Positions 1 through 8,317 of a stretch of 61,031 nucleotides of DNA are shown here, piece by piece (position 1 is the first letter of the stretch; every line of letters starts with the position of its first letter). Position numbers and translations under genes: made by a program. This DNA comes from a virus (lineage: Duplodnaviria; Caudoviricetes), in IMG/VR virus record IMGVR_UViG_3300028384_000043, positions 1 through 61,031 of that record; one strand, 5' to 3'. Below the pieces are notes generated by a model. It saw nothing but the letters and a program-made list of their open reading frames with translations, searched no databases and was not told where the DNA came from.

Positions 1-99
1 CCGAGAACTGTGGATCGTTGTCCGTGATTCGATTTACAATAGTATCGATTGCACCTTGCACGTTATGTGCTTGACGGTACGCACTATACAATTGTTGTT
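1..99. repeat. Terminal direct repeat, identical to 60933-61031 (circular assembly overlap)
   Basis: First 99 nt match the last 99 nt, and an ORF reads in frame through the junction. Confidence 0.95.
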
Positions 100-154
100 T
101 GTAGTTTTCTGTTATTTGGTCACGTAATGTTTGTGACATTTGTACACTAGCCAT
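1..154 (-). CDS. 5' part of the junction-spanning Nmad5-like gene (continues into 60253..61031; about 277 aa in total)
   Basis: ATG at 154 preceded by GGAGG; reads MASVQMSQTLRDQITENYKQQ in frame into LYSAYRQAH of ORF 60253..61023. Confidence 0.85.
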   Translation of the reverse strand, partial: MASVQMSQTLRDQITENYKQQLYSAYRQAHNVQGAIDTIVNRITDNDPQFS

Positions 155-155
155 A

Positions 156-491
156 TTATTTCCTCCAAGATGGTTCGACTCTGCGCCAGCCAGCTTTAAC
201 TGTTGGCACTTTTACATTAAATGGTTTAGTCATAACGACTTTGTTTACTTTTTTGACTTCAAGCACCTCGTGAGTCATAGTCTTTTTGAGAACAAATAAG
301 ACAAGAGATGCAGTCAAGCCGCCGATCATAGCTGCAGTCATGCCGCTGAAGGTACCGTAGAAACAGACCATCAGCGTAACTGTGATAAGCACGTCGACAA
401 AAATATCATTACCGATAGTCTTACGACCACCAGCTTTAAGCGCCAGCAAAAGCAGTCCTAGCGCGCTGAGTATGCCTACTAGTAACATCAT
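156..491 (-). CDS. Hypothetical membrane protein
   Basis: About three hydrophobic segments; AAGGAGG precedes the ATG at 491. Confidence 0.7.
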   Translation of the reverse strand: MMLLVGILSALGLLLLALKAGGRKTIGNDIFVDVLITVTLMVCFYGTFSGMTAAMIGGLTASLVLFVLKKTMTHEVLEVKKVNKVVMTKPFNVKVPTVKAGWRRVEPSWRK

Positions 492-588
492 TCCTCCTTT
501 GCCATGCAAGAAAAGCCATATACGCAAACTGTATAAGCTCGATTAGAATCCACAATGCTGTGGTAATAGTACCGACTACATTAGTCAT
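436..588 (-). CDS. Small hypothetical membrane protein
   Basis: GGAGG RBS before MTNVVG; one hydrophobic helix. Confidence 0.55.
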   Translation of the reverse strand: MTNVVGTITTALWILIELIQFAYMAFLAWQRRNDVTSRHTQRARTAFAGA

Positions 589-767
589 TAGATTAACCTC
601 CATAATAAATAAATAATACACCCGAGGCCGACCCCGACACCGAGCAGAAGCAACGAATACTGAATACTTGTTGCAAGACCGAATAATAGAAACAACACAG
701 CTGTGCCGGTCAACACAGATATACCAAAGTCTTTGGCATATTGTTTACATTTTGATAACTTCTCCAT
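588..767 (-). CDS. Small two-TM membrane protein
   Basis: GAGGAGG before MEKLSK; two hydrophobic helices. Confidence 0.6.
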   Translation of the reverse strand: MEKLSKCKQYAKDFGISVLTGTAVLFLLFGLATSIQYSLLLLGVGVGLGCIIYLLWRLI

Positions 768-1851
768 AAGGAGCCTCCTCACTTGCTGTAGTTACCCACA
801 ATACTGGATAACTTGGTTTATCTCCGAAGTCTGATTGACTAGCTTCAAGGTCAGTCAAGTACACAAGAGCTGCCACGTTGGGATGGTGCTCGTTGACGTA
901 GTCAATGACTGGATAGAAACTAGTACCACCTCTACCTTTGTATGTAACTTTGAGAGGCAATGACTCACGAGTGTACTCGGTAGTTTCATTTACTTCTGCA
1001 TCACATTGTATAAACTGCACTCGCTCAGGATTGAGTTCATGCAATATGTACGAGGTTTCGGTAGTAAACTGTGCCAACTCGTCTTCTGATATAGAACCAG
1101 ATGTATCGACCGCAATCGCAATCTCTTCGAGACATGGATTATGGAGACTAGGCAGATACATACCTTGGCCAATGAATCGTCTGTTAGGACGAGCCCATGT
1201 GAAATCAGATTTGTTGTTCGCACGTAAGAAACGAGCCAACACAGCTTTCCAATCAACTCTTGGATCTGTAATCTCTGACACCAGCGATTGCATGTTGGCA
1301 GAGAGTTTACCTTGTGCTTTGGCGGCTTCAGCTGCTTGGTTAACTGCTACTTGCAGTTCCGATTCGATAGCACTAGCAGTACCGCTTGTACCATCAGAAT
1401 TGGGATGATCCAGCACGCCACCGCAACCACCACCATCTACATACACTGCGTCCCATCCCTGAGGAGGTTCAGGTAGCATATTGTAGATAGCTTCGGTAGT
1501 CATGTTTTCGTACTGGTCATCCACCAGACCGCCTTTCGGCAGAATAAAACCTTCGGCTATAAGATGATTGTTAATAGCGTAGTCAGCTGCAACATTCCAC
1601 TTGTGTGCATTGCGTTCTTGTCTACGCGTGTGATGCATGAGAACCAGGTGCATAACTTCGTGCGCCAGGAAACCTACACGTTCCATTTCTGTAAGCTTTT
1701 CAAACCACTTGACGTTGTAGAACAGATGTTTACCGTCTACTGCACCAGTTGGCTCGTCCCACTCGGTAGGCTTTTGCCTGAGGCACAAGGTACCGAAGAA
1801 TGGGTTGTCAAGAATAAGTCTTGACCTAGCTTTTTGAAACAATGGATTCAT
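745..1851 (-). CDS. DUF2201-type metallopeptidase-like + vWA domain protein
   Basis: HEVMH zincin motif, ADYAIN, MIDAS DTSGS, GRGGT, YLTD. Confidence 0.88.
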   Translation of the reverse strand: MNPLFQKARSRLILDNPFFGTLCLRQKPTEWDEPTGAVDGKHLFYNVKWFEKLTEMERVGFLAHEVMHLVLMHHTRRQERNAHKWNVAADYAINNHLIAEGFILPKGGLVDDQYENMTTEAIYNMLPEPPQGWDAVYVDGGGCGGVLDHPNSDGTSGTASAIESELQVAVNQAAEAAKAQGKLSANMQSLVSEITDPRVDWKAVLARFLRANNKSDFTWARPNRRFIGQGMYLPSLHNPCLEEIAIAVDTSGSISEDELAQFTTETSYILHELNPERVQFIQCDAEVNETTEYTRESLPLKVTYKGRGGTSFYPVIDYVNEHHPNVAALVYLTDLEASQSDFGDKPSYPVLWVTTASEEAPYGEVIKM

Positions 1852-2507
1852 TAATCATCTCCTAATAGTGCATCTTCTAACAGAACTTCACGCAGTCCTT
1901 GTAACTGGTCGTCTGCTAGTTCAGCAAGTTCTTGACGTCTACCTGTACGATCGTCTTTCTCGTACATTTTTGTCAGTTTTTCTTGTGGCACCAAGTCTTT
2001 GACATAAGGTGCAGCTTTAAGTAACTGATTTAAAGTAGAAAAATTACCCATGGCAACGTTTAGTTGCCTTATTTGATCATATCTTTGGTCAGATAAGTCT
2101 TTGTTGTAATTCTCAATAGTCATGCACTCAACAATAGTTGGGTCATCGCATGGCACGTCGAGTCTTAACTCATCGTAGTAACATAGAAACTTAGGTACTT
2201 CTGTTGGTGGACAACGAAGCTGATAAGATAAGTTTCTAGTATATTCATTACCTTCACCGTCATCGTCTGCTTCAACAGCCTCTGACCTGAGAGTAATGTA
2301 ATCAACAGTCTGAGCAGGCATTGTCCTATCCCAGATGTCTTTGAACATTTTTTTAGTTTTCTCAACTTTGTCAACAATACCTAGCCTTTGCATAACAGAG
2401 TACCCATCGTCTGGGTACTCCTTCTTTGGATTAGCATTGTCAAATTTTTTACGAGCAGCATCAGTGATGTCGCTTTGTAATTGCGCAGATAATCTAACTG
2501 TTTTCAT
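1851..2507 (-). CDS. Nmad5-like hypothetical protein (paralog of the junction-spanning gene)
   Basis: TLNQLLKAAPYVKDLVP motif and LLGDD end shared with the 60253 gene; family name from recall. Confidence 0.55.
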   Translation of the reverse strand: MKTVRLSAQLQSDITDAARKKFDNANPKKEYPDDGYSVMQRLGIVDKVEKTKKMFKDIWDRTMPAQTVDYITLRSEAVEADDDGEGNEYTRNLSYQLRCPPTEVPKFLCYYDELRLDVPCDDPTIVECMTIENYNKDLSDQRYDQIRQLNVAMGNFSTLNQLLKAAPYVKDLVPQEKLTKMYEKDDRTGRRQELAELADDQLQGLREVLLEDALLGDD

Positions 2508-2515
2508 ATAACCTC

Positions 2516-3532
2516 CTATAAAACAACGTTAGCGTTGTCAACGATCCACTTACGTACATCGTTGTGTGATTTGAGTTGTCTGTCTTTAGCCAAACAACCT
2601 TTAACTAAGACAACCTGAAACTCAACTGGTAACTTGTTGTTTAGCTTCATAATGTTTTCCATCATGTCATCCTGTGCTCTAGTAGCAACAGCAGTAGCAA
2701 GAGCATATAACAATGCAGGATTGTCGTCTTTCTTGTATGTTGATGGGTCTTTGAGCAACTGATTAATATCTGGTAGCTTGTTTGCAATCTCTTTGAATGC
2801 AATAAACTCACCGGCTGGTCCATCACCGACTAGTGATGACACACCGAAGAACAGACGTTCTGGATCTGTGTTTGCCCTGGATAGTTTTTTGCTGACCATT
2901 GACCAAGCACGTGGTGTTGGAAATGCATATTCGTCAGCGTCAAACTGTGACAACAGATTAGGTCTGTACTGTATGAACGAAATAACATCTGGGTCGATGT
3001 TGTGCTGATAAGCCCATTGCACCCAGTCGTCGAGTGTTGGCTCGAGCTCGTAATGTGCAAGTCTGTTACGTACAGGCGATGGCATCTGATAAACAGCTGC
3101 TGCATCGGTAAGTCTGTTGCCGGCACAGATGATTTGCCAACCGGCAGGCAATCTGTATTCACCAATCTGTTTTGTTAGTAACAGTTGTAAGAATGCGTTT
3201 TGCGTTGCTGGCGGTGCAGTTGGTAGCTCGTCGATGAAGAGTAAACCACGTTCACCGTCGCGTTCTGCGATTGGAAACACATCAGGCACAGCCCATGATG
3301 TAAACCGTTTGCCGGTTTCTTTGAGCTGTTTGATATATGGAATACCACGTACGTCGACAGGGTCGAACAAGTTAGCACGGAAGTCGATGAGCGGGACGCC
3401 CATCTCATCGGCAACCTGTCTTGGTATTTCTGATTTACCAATGCCTGGCCCACCCCAGATCATAGCTGGGTAGCCGGCATTGATGCAGTCAGTCAATTCT
3501 TGTTTTAGTTTTACTGGATTTATTGTGTGCAT
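2516..3532 (-). CDS. MoxR-like AAA+ ATPase
   Basis: Walker A GGPGIGKS, Walker B LFIDE, AGNR, RNR, PTPRAW; near a vWA gene. Confidence 0.9.
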   Translation of the reverse strand: MHTINPVKLKQELTDCINAGYPAMIWGGPGIGKSEIPRQVADEMGVPLIDFRANLFDPVDVRGIPYIKQLKETGKRFTSWAVPDVFPIAERDGERGLLFIDELPTAPPATQNAFLQLLLTKQIGEYRLPAGWQIICAGNRLTDAAAVYQMPSPVRNRLAHYELEPTLDDWVQWAYQHNIDPDVISFIQYRPNLLSQFDADEYAFPTPRAWSMVSKKLSRANTDPERLFFGVSSLVGDGPAGEFIAFKEIANKLPDINQLLKDPSTYKKDDNPALLYALATAVATRAQDDMMENIMKLNNKLPVEFQVVLVKGCLAKDRQLKSHNDVRKWIVDNANVVL

Positions 3533-3548
3533 AATTACCTCCTATAAT

Positions 3549-3986
3549 TTACCACGAACAGTCGTACCAGACCTTTTTGCCTTCATCAAGCCATTTGAGT
3601 GCTTGCTTACAGAACTTAAGGTCGAGTTCTTTATACTCTTTCATTGATTCTTCTTGAAACTGTTGTCCCCAAAAGAATCCGTCTGGGCAGAAAGGCAAGT
3701 CATTGTTTTCAACTAGCTTTTGTAGTTTTTCAATATCTTGTTTTTCTAAGAACATAACTTCAGCATAGTCATGCTTGCCATCCATTCTTAGTCCTTGCCA
3801 ATACTTGGCGTCGTCGCCAAACGTTCTAACACGCCATAGTCTTTGCATGTATTCTTGCAGTCTGGCATGTTTACGCCAGTAAAATTCATCATTGCCTTGT
3901 AACGTTTCGTAGAACGCATCGTCATTGATTGGCTCTACATTCTCAGGTTGTGGCTCCTGAAAGCCTGCGTAAGCATCTAATCCCAT
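3549..3986 (-). CDS. Conserved phage hypothetical protein
   Basis: MGLD start, YWRK motif, Y..SW end; strong RBS. Confidence 0.75.
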   Translation of the reverse strand: MGLDAYAGFQEPQPENVEPINDDAFYETLQGNDEFYWRKHARLQEYMQRLWRVRTFGDDAKYWQGLRMDGKHDYAEVMFLEKQDIEKLQKLVENNDLPFCPDGFFWGQQFQEESMKEYKELDLKFCKQALKWLDEGKKVWYDCSW

Positions 3987-4003
3987 AATTACCTCCTTGG
4001 AAT

Positions 4004-4027
4004 AAAATGGGGAGCCGAAGCCCCCCG
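4004..4027 (-). terminator. Intrinsic terminator
   Basis: On the minus strand GGGGGGC-TTCG-GCTCCCC followed by ATTTT, just after the 4033 stop. Confidence 0.75.
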
Positions 4028-4032
4028 TTAGT

Positions 4033-4812
4033 TTAGGCTGAAGCGAACATATTTGTAGTATGTTGCTTGGTAGCCTGGTTTAGCTCAGTTGCAACTTTGA
4101 CAGATGAATCTGCATGCTGTTTGAAGTTCCACTCAGCTAGTCGCTGTTGACGTCTTTCGATCTCATTTCTGACACGAACATCTTTTAGTGACAGATCGTG
4201 CAATCCGAATGATTCACCGATAAGACCAACAACAGCTGATAACATACGAGCCTTGCGACCGAGACCGAACATCTTCTCCTCACGCTCGACCAACCATACT
4301 GGTAAGTCATCGTTTGGATTAGCTGATTCAGTTTCTTCTTTGTACTCGTATGCAATAGACGCGAACTCTGCCCAAGTCCTGGTTGTCAACTGTAAGAAGT
4401 TGATACCTGTTGATTGTGGGTCAGTCTCAAGCAATGGCATAAGACCGTCCGCAATCTGTTGAACTTGTTGAAGATAATAATCTTCTTCTTTCTTACGAAG
4501 TCCACTGTCTTCAGTGTTGAATACCATTGGTGTATTCTTTTTAGACATGAATACGTCCATGATACCTTCTACTCTTGATGGCTGAGCAATAGCTTTGCCT
4601 TCGCCGTCAATAGAATATTTTCTGTAGTAAAAGTCAGGCAGATGCACAGGATCCTGTGATGCTCTGGCTTCACTACCAACTGGGTCACCGTTGGTGTCTG
4701 GTTTCCACGCAGACTCTGGTGTTTTTTGGTCAGGCAATAACTCGCCTGTTTCACCGTTTGCCATGTCTACGATTTCTGGACCTAGGTCCGATGGGTCAAA
4801 ATGATTTGCCAT
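4033..4812 (-). CDS. Hypothetical early protein
   Basis: Long ORF; GGAGG before MANHFD places the start at 4812. Confidence 0.75.
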   Translation of the reverse strand: MANHFDPSDLGPEIVDMANGETGELLPDQKTPESAWKPDTNGDPVGSEARASQDPVHLPDFYYRKYSIDGEGKAIAQPSRVEGIMDVFMSKKNTPMVFNTEDSGLRKKEEDYYLQQVQQIADGLMPLLETDPQSTGINFLQLTTRTWAEFASIAYEYKEETESANPNDDLPVWLVEREEKMFGLGRKARMLSAVVGLIGESFGLHDLSLKDVRVRNEIERRQQRLAEWNFKQHADSSVKVATELNQATKQHTTNMFASA

Positions 4813-4954
4813 AATTTCCTCCTTGTGGCTTAGTTTCAATACGTCTGATGAATCTCCTAAGAAACTCACCAGAATTCACATAATTAGCTTGCGATTGTGT
4901 TTCGCTTGCTTCGGCTTGTTGTAGCACCTCGTAGGGTACACTTACTTCGTCCAT
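4796..4954 (-). CDS. Small hypothetical protein (52 aa, not in the ORF track)
   Basis: AAGGAGG RBS; MDEVSVPYEVLQQ...GKSF; overlaps the next start. Confidence 0.6.
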   Translation of the reverse strand: MDEVSVPYEVLQQAEASETQSQANYVNSGEFLRRFIRRIETKPQGGNYGKSF

Positions 4955-5061
4955 ATCAACCTCCTTGTATAAAATGGAAAGGCTCGGCTTCTCATCCGAG
5001 CACGTGCTTTCGGTAACAACCCCCCCGAGCTTTAGTTGGTCCTCGGGGTGACACTACCAAC

Positions 5062-5277
5062 TTAAGCTACTGCTTGAGCTGGCTGTTCAACAGACTGAGC
5101 TTTTTGCTCAATCTGTCTCATGAACACCTTGGCTTGCTGATTGTCAGCAGTCAATGGTATAGCTACGTCAAAGTGTAGTGTTAAGCTACCATCTTTGTTA
5201 GTAGTTGCAATGCCGACCTCTCTAGATCTAGATTTGCCGTCTTTGCCGTCTTTTAGTATGTATAATGAATACAACAT
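5062..5277 (-). CDS. Small hypothetical protein
   Basis: AGGAGG RBS; EVGIATTNKDGSLTLHFD. Confidence 0.7.
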   Translation of the reverse strand: MLYSLYILKDGKDGKSRSREVGIATTNKDGSLTLHFDVAIPLTADNQQAKVFMRQIEQKAQSVEQPAQAVA

Positions 5278-5380
5278 ATTTACCTCCTAGGTAAGTAAAG
5301 TTAAGTGGCTCGATACACCCGTATCAAACTCACACATACACCAGCAACGCCATCAAGCGTAGCGACTGGCGATAGATTTA

Positions 5381-5667
5381 TGGTTCCACTGGTTCCACGT
5401 GGTTCCACGAGTCATGGAACACGAAAAACCTAATAACGATGCGTGGTTATAGGTTTGGTTCCACTGGTTCCACTAGTTCTAGGTTAAGATAATCTTTATT
5501 CTTTAACCGTGGTCCGTTGTCCGTCGACAACCTAGCGTTTGTTCCACGTGGAACAACGGAACCACACTAGTTGCAGTTACACGCAAACCAGCACTGCTAT
5601 GCATGTTTGTCATGGTTCCACGACTTGGTTCCACATCTGCACATTCCCGTGGAACACAAGGAACCAC
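5381..5667. repeat. Cluster of GTTCCAC/GTGGAAC repeats (10 copies)
   Basis: GTTCCAC on + at 5383, 5392, 5402, 5458, 5467, 5541, 5615, 5628; GTGGAAC at 5548, 5649. Confidence 0.9.
5540..5555. promoter_or_regulatory. parS: Perfect parS-type palindrome TGTTCCACGTGGAACA
   Basis: 16-bp perfect inverted repeat matching the bacterial chromosomal parS consensus. Confidence 0.6.
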
Positions 5668-5782
5668 AAATGCGTGGCGATGCACAAGCACGCACGCATG
5701 ATGATAGTAGTCAAATGATAGTAGATAAGGGGGTGGTTAGCCCCCTGGGGTTAGAATATTAGGTTGAGGAAAGTGTTGATAA

Positions 5783-5809
5783 GAACCCCGAGGCTGAATG
5801 CCCCGAGGT
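5783..5809 (-). terminator. Probable terminator after the 5821 gene
   Basis: Minus strand CCTCGGGGC-ATTCA-GCCTCGGGG (with G-U pairs) then TTCTT. Confidence 0.45.
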
Positions 5810-5820
5810 AGAGACAGAAC

Positions 5821-6054
5821 TTATACATTGTCAAAGTCAAACTCACCTTGAACAGGTGTCTTAGGAGCGAAAGTCTTTGGTGTAATCTTTAGACCAAGTT
5901 CTTCTGCTTGAGCTGTTGCGTCATCAATCTTAGCTTGGTTAGCTTTGATCTCTGAGTAGCCCTGTGTGAACTCCTTGATAGGATTAGATGCTGAATCAGT
6001 TACGACTCGTTGTGTCTTGTAAGTAAGACGACCTAGTTTATAAAATATACTCAT
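5821..6054 (-). CDS. Hypothetical protein, first gene of the leftward arm
   Basis: GGAGG RBS; 77 aa ORF. Confidence 0.7.
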   Translation of the reverse strand: MSIFYKLGRLTYKTQRVVTDSASNPIKEFTQGYSEIKANQAKIDDATAQAEELGLKITPKTFAPKTPVQGEFDFDNV

Positions 6055-6277
6055 GATGTACCTCCATGTACTTAAGAGTTAATAACACAAACATACTAAC
6101 AACGTCACAAAGCGCTAGCGACTGACGACAAAAAAACCAAAACAAGGTTCCAAAGGTCAAAAGTCAAAGTGCGATGTACGATGTCGATCGGGTCGGTGAT
6201 GGGTGTCTGGTGATAGAAGGAGAAGATGTCTCAGCGATATATTCTATATTTTTCAAAAAAAATTTTCCCACAAAAAA

Positions 6278-6307
6278 TTTACAAGTTATCCACAAATAAG
6301 ATATGCT
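6278..6307 (+). promoter_or_regulatory. Putative sigma70 promoter of the rightward arm with a DnaA box in its spacer
   Basis: TTTACA-18 nt-TATGCT; TTATCCACA at 6286-6294. Confidence 0.4.
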
Positions 6308-6833
6308 TACGAATATGAGCTTAGCTACAGATCAATCGACCGAGGTCACCGAACAAGATAGACTGGACCTCCAATCACATTTCCCATACGCGGGTGTAAA
6401 GTTATCCGAGCTTTCGGTTCAGGAAGAAAGATTAATTTTATATTTTTTACGAGGCATGAGCAAAGCAGCAGCGGGTCGTGCTGCAGGGTACCGGAACCAA
6501 GATTCCGTGTACGAAGCTTTTAAGCGACCAAAGATTATGCAGGCCGTCGAGTATTTAAGAGAAGAGATGCGCGAAGAAGTTAAGTTCGACAGAAATACCG
6601 CGACTCAATTATATCTAGAAGCACATAGAAAATCAGCAACCGCGACTGAAGAAAAGAATGTCGTAGATTCGTTGTGCAAGCTTCACGGTCTATTTGCACC
6701 AGAACAAGCAACACAAGTTAATATTAATGTAGATAAAATTCAGCAATTAGAAAGACTGCCGGATTCCGAGCTGTTAAAGTTAGCTGGTGTAGATACAAAA
6801 TATCTAGAACCCCAAGGAGGTACTAATGACTAA
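6303..6833 (+). CDS. terS: Terminase small subunit (start may be 6315)
   Basis: HTH-like AAGRAAGY segment, KLHGL motif; first gene of the packaging arm. Confidence 0.7.
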   Translation: MLTNMSLATDQSTEVTEQDRLDLQSHFPYAGVKLSELSVQEERLILYFLRGMSKAAAGRAAGYRNQDSVYEAFKRPKIMQAVEYLREEMREEVKFDRNTATQLYLEAHRKSATATEEKNVVDSLCKLHGLFAPEQATQVNINVDKIQQLERLPDSELLKLAGVDTKYLEPQGGTND

Positions 6834-6975
6834 ATACGCGCAACAAGCGAGAGCTACCAAAAGGAAACGTAAAGTTTCAAAAATGAAAAAATTTCCAGAT
6901 TATTCTGGAGATGGCAAGATTACTAAAAAAGACATCTTGATGGGTAGAGGTATTATCCCTAAAAAGAAGAAGTGA
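6826..6975 (+). CDS. Small basic protein with an EF-hand-like loop (49 aa, not in the track)
   Basis: AGGAGG RBS; FPDYSGDGKITKKDILMGRG; overlaps both neighbours. Confidence 0.65.
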   Translation: MTKYAQQARATKRKRKVSKMKKFPDYSGDGKITKKDILMGRGIIPKKKK

Positions 6976-7748
6976 TCGTAGCTGTAACTGGAGCCAATGG
7001 GTATATTGGCCAAGAAGTTATAAAACAGCTTTCTAAAAAAGAAGGCATAAAAATCCTAACCTTTGATATAGATGACTGGGACATTCGACTGCCCTTATCT
7101 ATATGCAATCCTGAAGTAGACGTTGTTATACATTTAGCTGGTTTAGTAAAAGTTGGCGAAAGTGTCGCGCGGCCTACGGCCTACTACTATACAAATGTAG
7201 TTGGTACTAAAAATGTTATTGAAGCATTTCCAAACGCAAAAATGATTTTTGCATCTACGGGCGCTGCTTATGATCCGACCTCACCTTATGCGCTTTCTAA
7301 AATAGCTGCCGAACAAATAGTCCAGGAGCTCTGTCCCGATTACACGATATTTAGATTTTTTAACGTTGGCGGTGGTAAGCCAACAAATCCTGAAGGTTTA
7401 TATGCCGCGACCCAACGGGCCGTGGACCGTGGTTCGTTCACAATTTTCGGAAATGATTACGATACGGCAGATGGGACATGTGTCCGAGATTATGTGCACG
7501 TAGAAGATCTGTGCGCCGCATTGGTAGCGGCGGTCGGCCAACCGGGGTCTAAAAGTATCGAGCCGATTGGTTCCGGTAGGTCATATACAGTTAAAGAATA
7601 TGTTGACGCCTGGCTACTAACTAATGGTAAACTATTTAATGTGGAGTTTGGTCCTAGGCGACCAGGCGATAATGAACGGTCGGAGGTACCACACCTCTCG
7701 AGGTTCGTAAGTCCGACCAAAACTATATATGACATAGTGAGGTTATAA
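6972..7748 (+). CDS. galE: UDP-glucose 4-epimerase-like extended SDR
   Basis: GANGYIG, HLAG..VGES, YALSK, RFFNV, DGTCVRDYVHVEDL, RRPGD. Confidence 0.85.
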   Translation: MIVAVTGANGYIGQEVIKQLSKKEGIKILTFDIDDWDIRLPLSICNPEVDVVIHLAGLVKVGESVARPTAYYYTNVVGTKNVIEAFPNAKMIFASTGAAYDPTSPYALSKIAAEQIVQELCPDYTIFRFFNVGGGKPTNPEGLYAATQRAVDRGSFTIFGNDYDTADGTCVRDYVHVEDLCAALVAAVGQPGSKSIEPIGSGRSYTVKEYVDAWLLTNGKLFNVEFGPRRPGDNERSEVPHLSRFVSPTKTIYDIVRL

Positions 7749-7750
7749 AT

Positions 7751-7861
7751 ATGCATTGTATAAACGCACCCCAAAAAAAGATGTCCATGAAGAAGGGCAA
7801 AAAGAATAAAGGTTATTCAGGAGGAAAGAAGAAAAGTGCCGGCAAAAAGAAAAACTACTAA
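7751..7861 (+). CDS. Lys-rich micro-protein (36 aa)
   Basis: Manual translation MHCINAPQKKMSMKKGKK...; fills the gap between genes. Confidence 0.45.
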   Translation: MHCINAPQKKMSMKKGKKNKGYSGGKKKSAGKKKNY

Positions 7862-8009
7862 AAAGAAAAGCGGAGCTAAGCCTACAAACCCAGCTCTATA
7901 TGCTAGAGTAAAAGCAGAAGCCAAAAGAAAATATAAAGTTTGGCCATCAGCTTATGCTTCTGGTTGGTTAACAAAGACTTATAAAGCAAGGGGTGGAGGC
8001 TATAGATAG
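7836..8009 (+). CDS. Small basic protein (DUF5872-like)
   Basis: GGAGG upstream, GTG start; NPALYARVKAEAKRKYKVWPSAYASGW..Y..RGGGY. Confidence 0.65.
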   Translation: MPAKRKTTKKKSGAKPTNPALYARVKAEAKRKYKVWPSAYASGWLTKTYKARGGGYR

Positions 8010-8317
8010 TGGCCAGCTCTAAACCCAAAGGTGGACTAACTAAATGGTTCAAAGAAGAATGGGTTGATATAGGTAGAAAAAAGAAAGGTGGCGGACATGC
8101 ACCGTGTGGTAGAAAGAAAGCGTCGACAAAACGTAAAGGCTACCCAAAGTGTGTACCAAAATCTAAAGCAGCAAGTATGACTGCTGCTCAGAAAAAGAGC
8201 GCAGTAAAAAGAAAAAGAGCCAAAGCTCAAGGAGTGGGTGGTAAGCCAACAAACGTGAGGACTTATGCCAAGAAAAAAAGAAAAGCCAATACGAAGAACA
8301 ACAGGAAAAGGCGGTAA
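8009..8317 (+). CDS. Basic hypothetical protein
   Basis: GGLTKWFKEEWVD..CGR..YPKCVP, Lys/Arg rich. Confidence 0.7.
   Translation: MASSKPKGGLTKWFKEEWVDIGRKKKGGGHAPCGRKKASTKRKGYPKCVPKSKAASMTAAQKKSAVKRKRAKAQGVGGKPTNVRTYAKKKRKANTKNNRKRR

Noticed and set aside
5381-5667. Repeat cluster as a CRISPR array
   Set aside because: Units are 7-9 bp with irregular spacing, no unique spacers and no cas operon
5503-5762. ORFs 5503..5691 and 5571..5762
   Set aside because: No RBS, and they overlap the repeat-rich regulatory region; probably spurious
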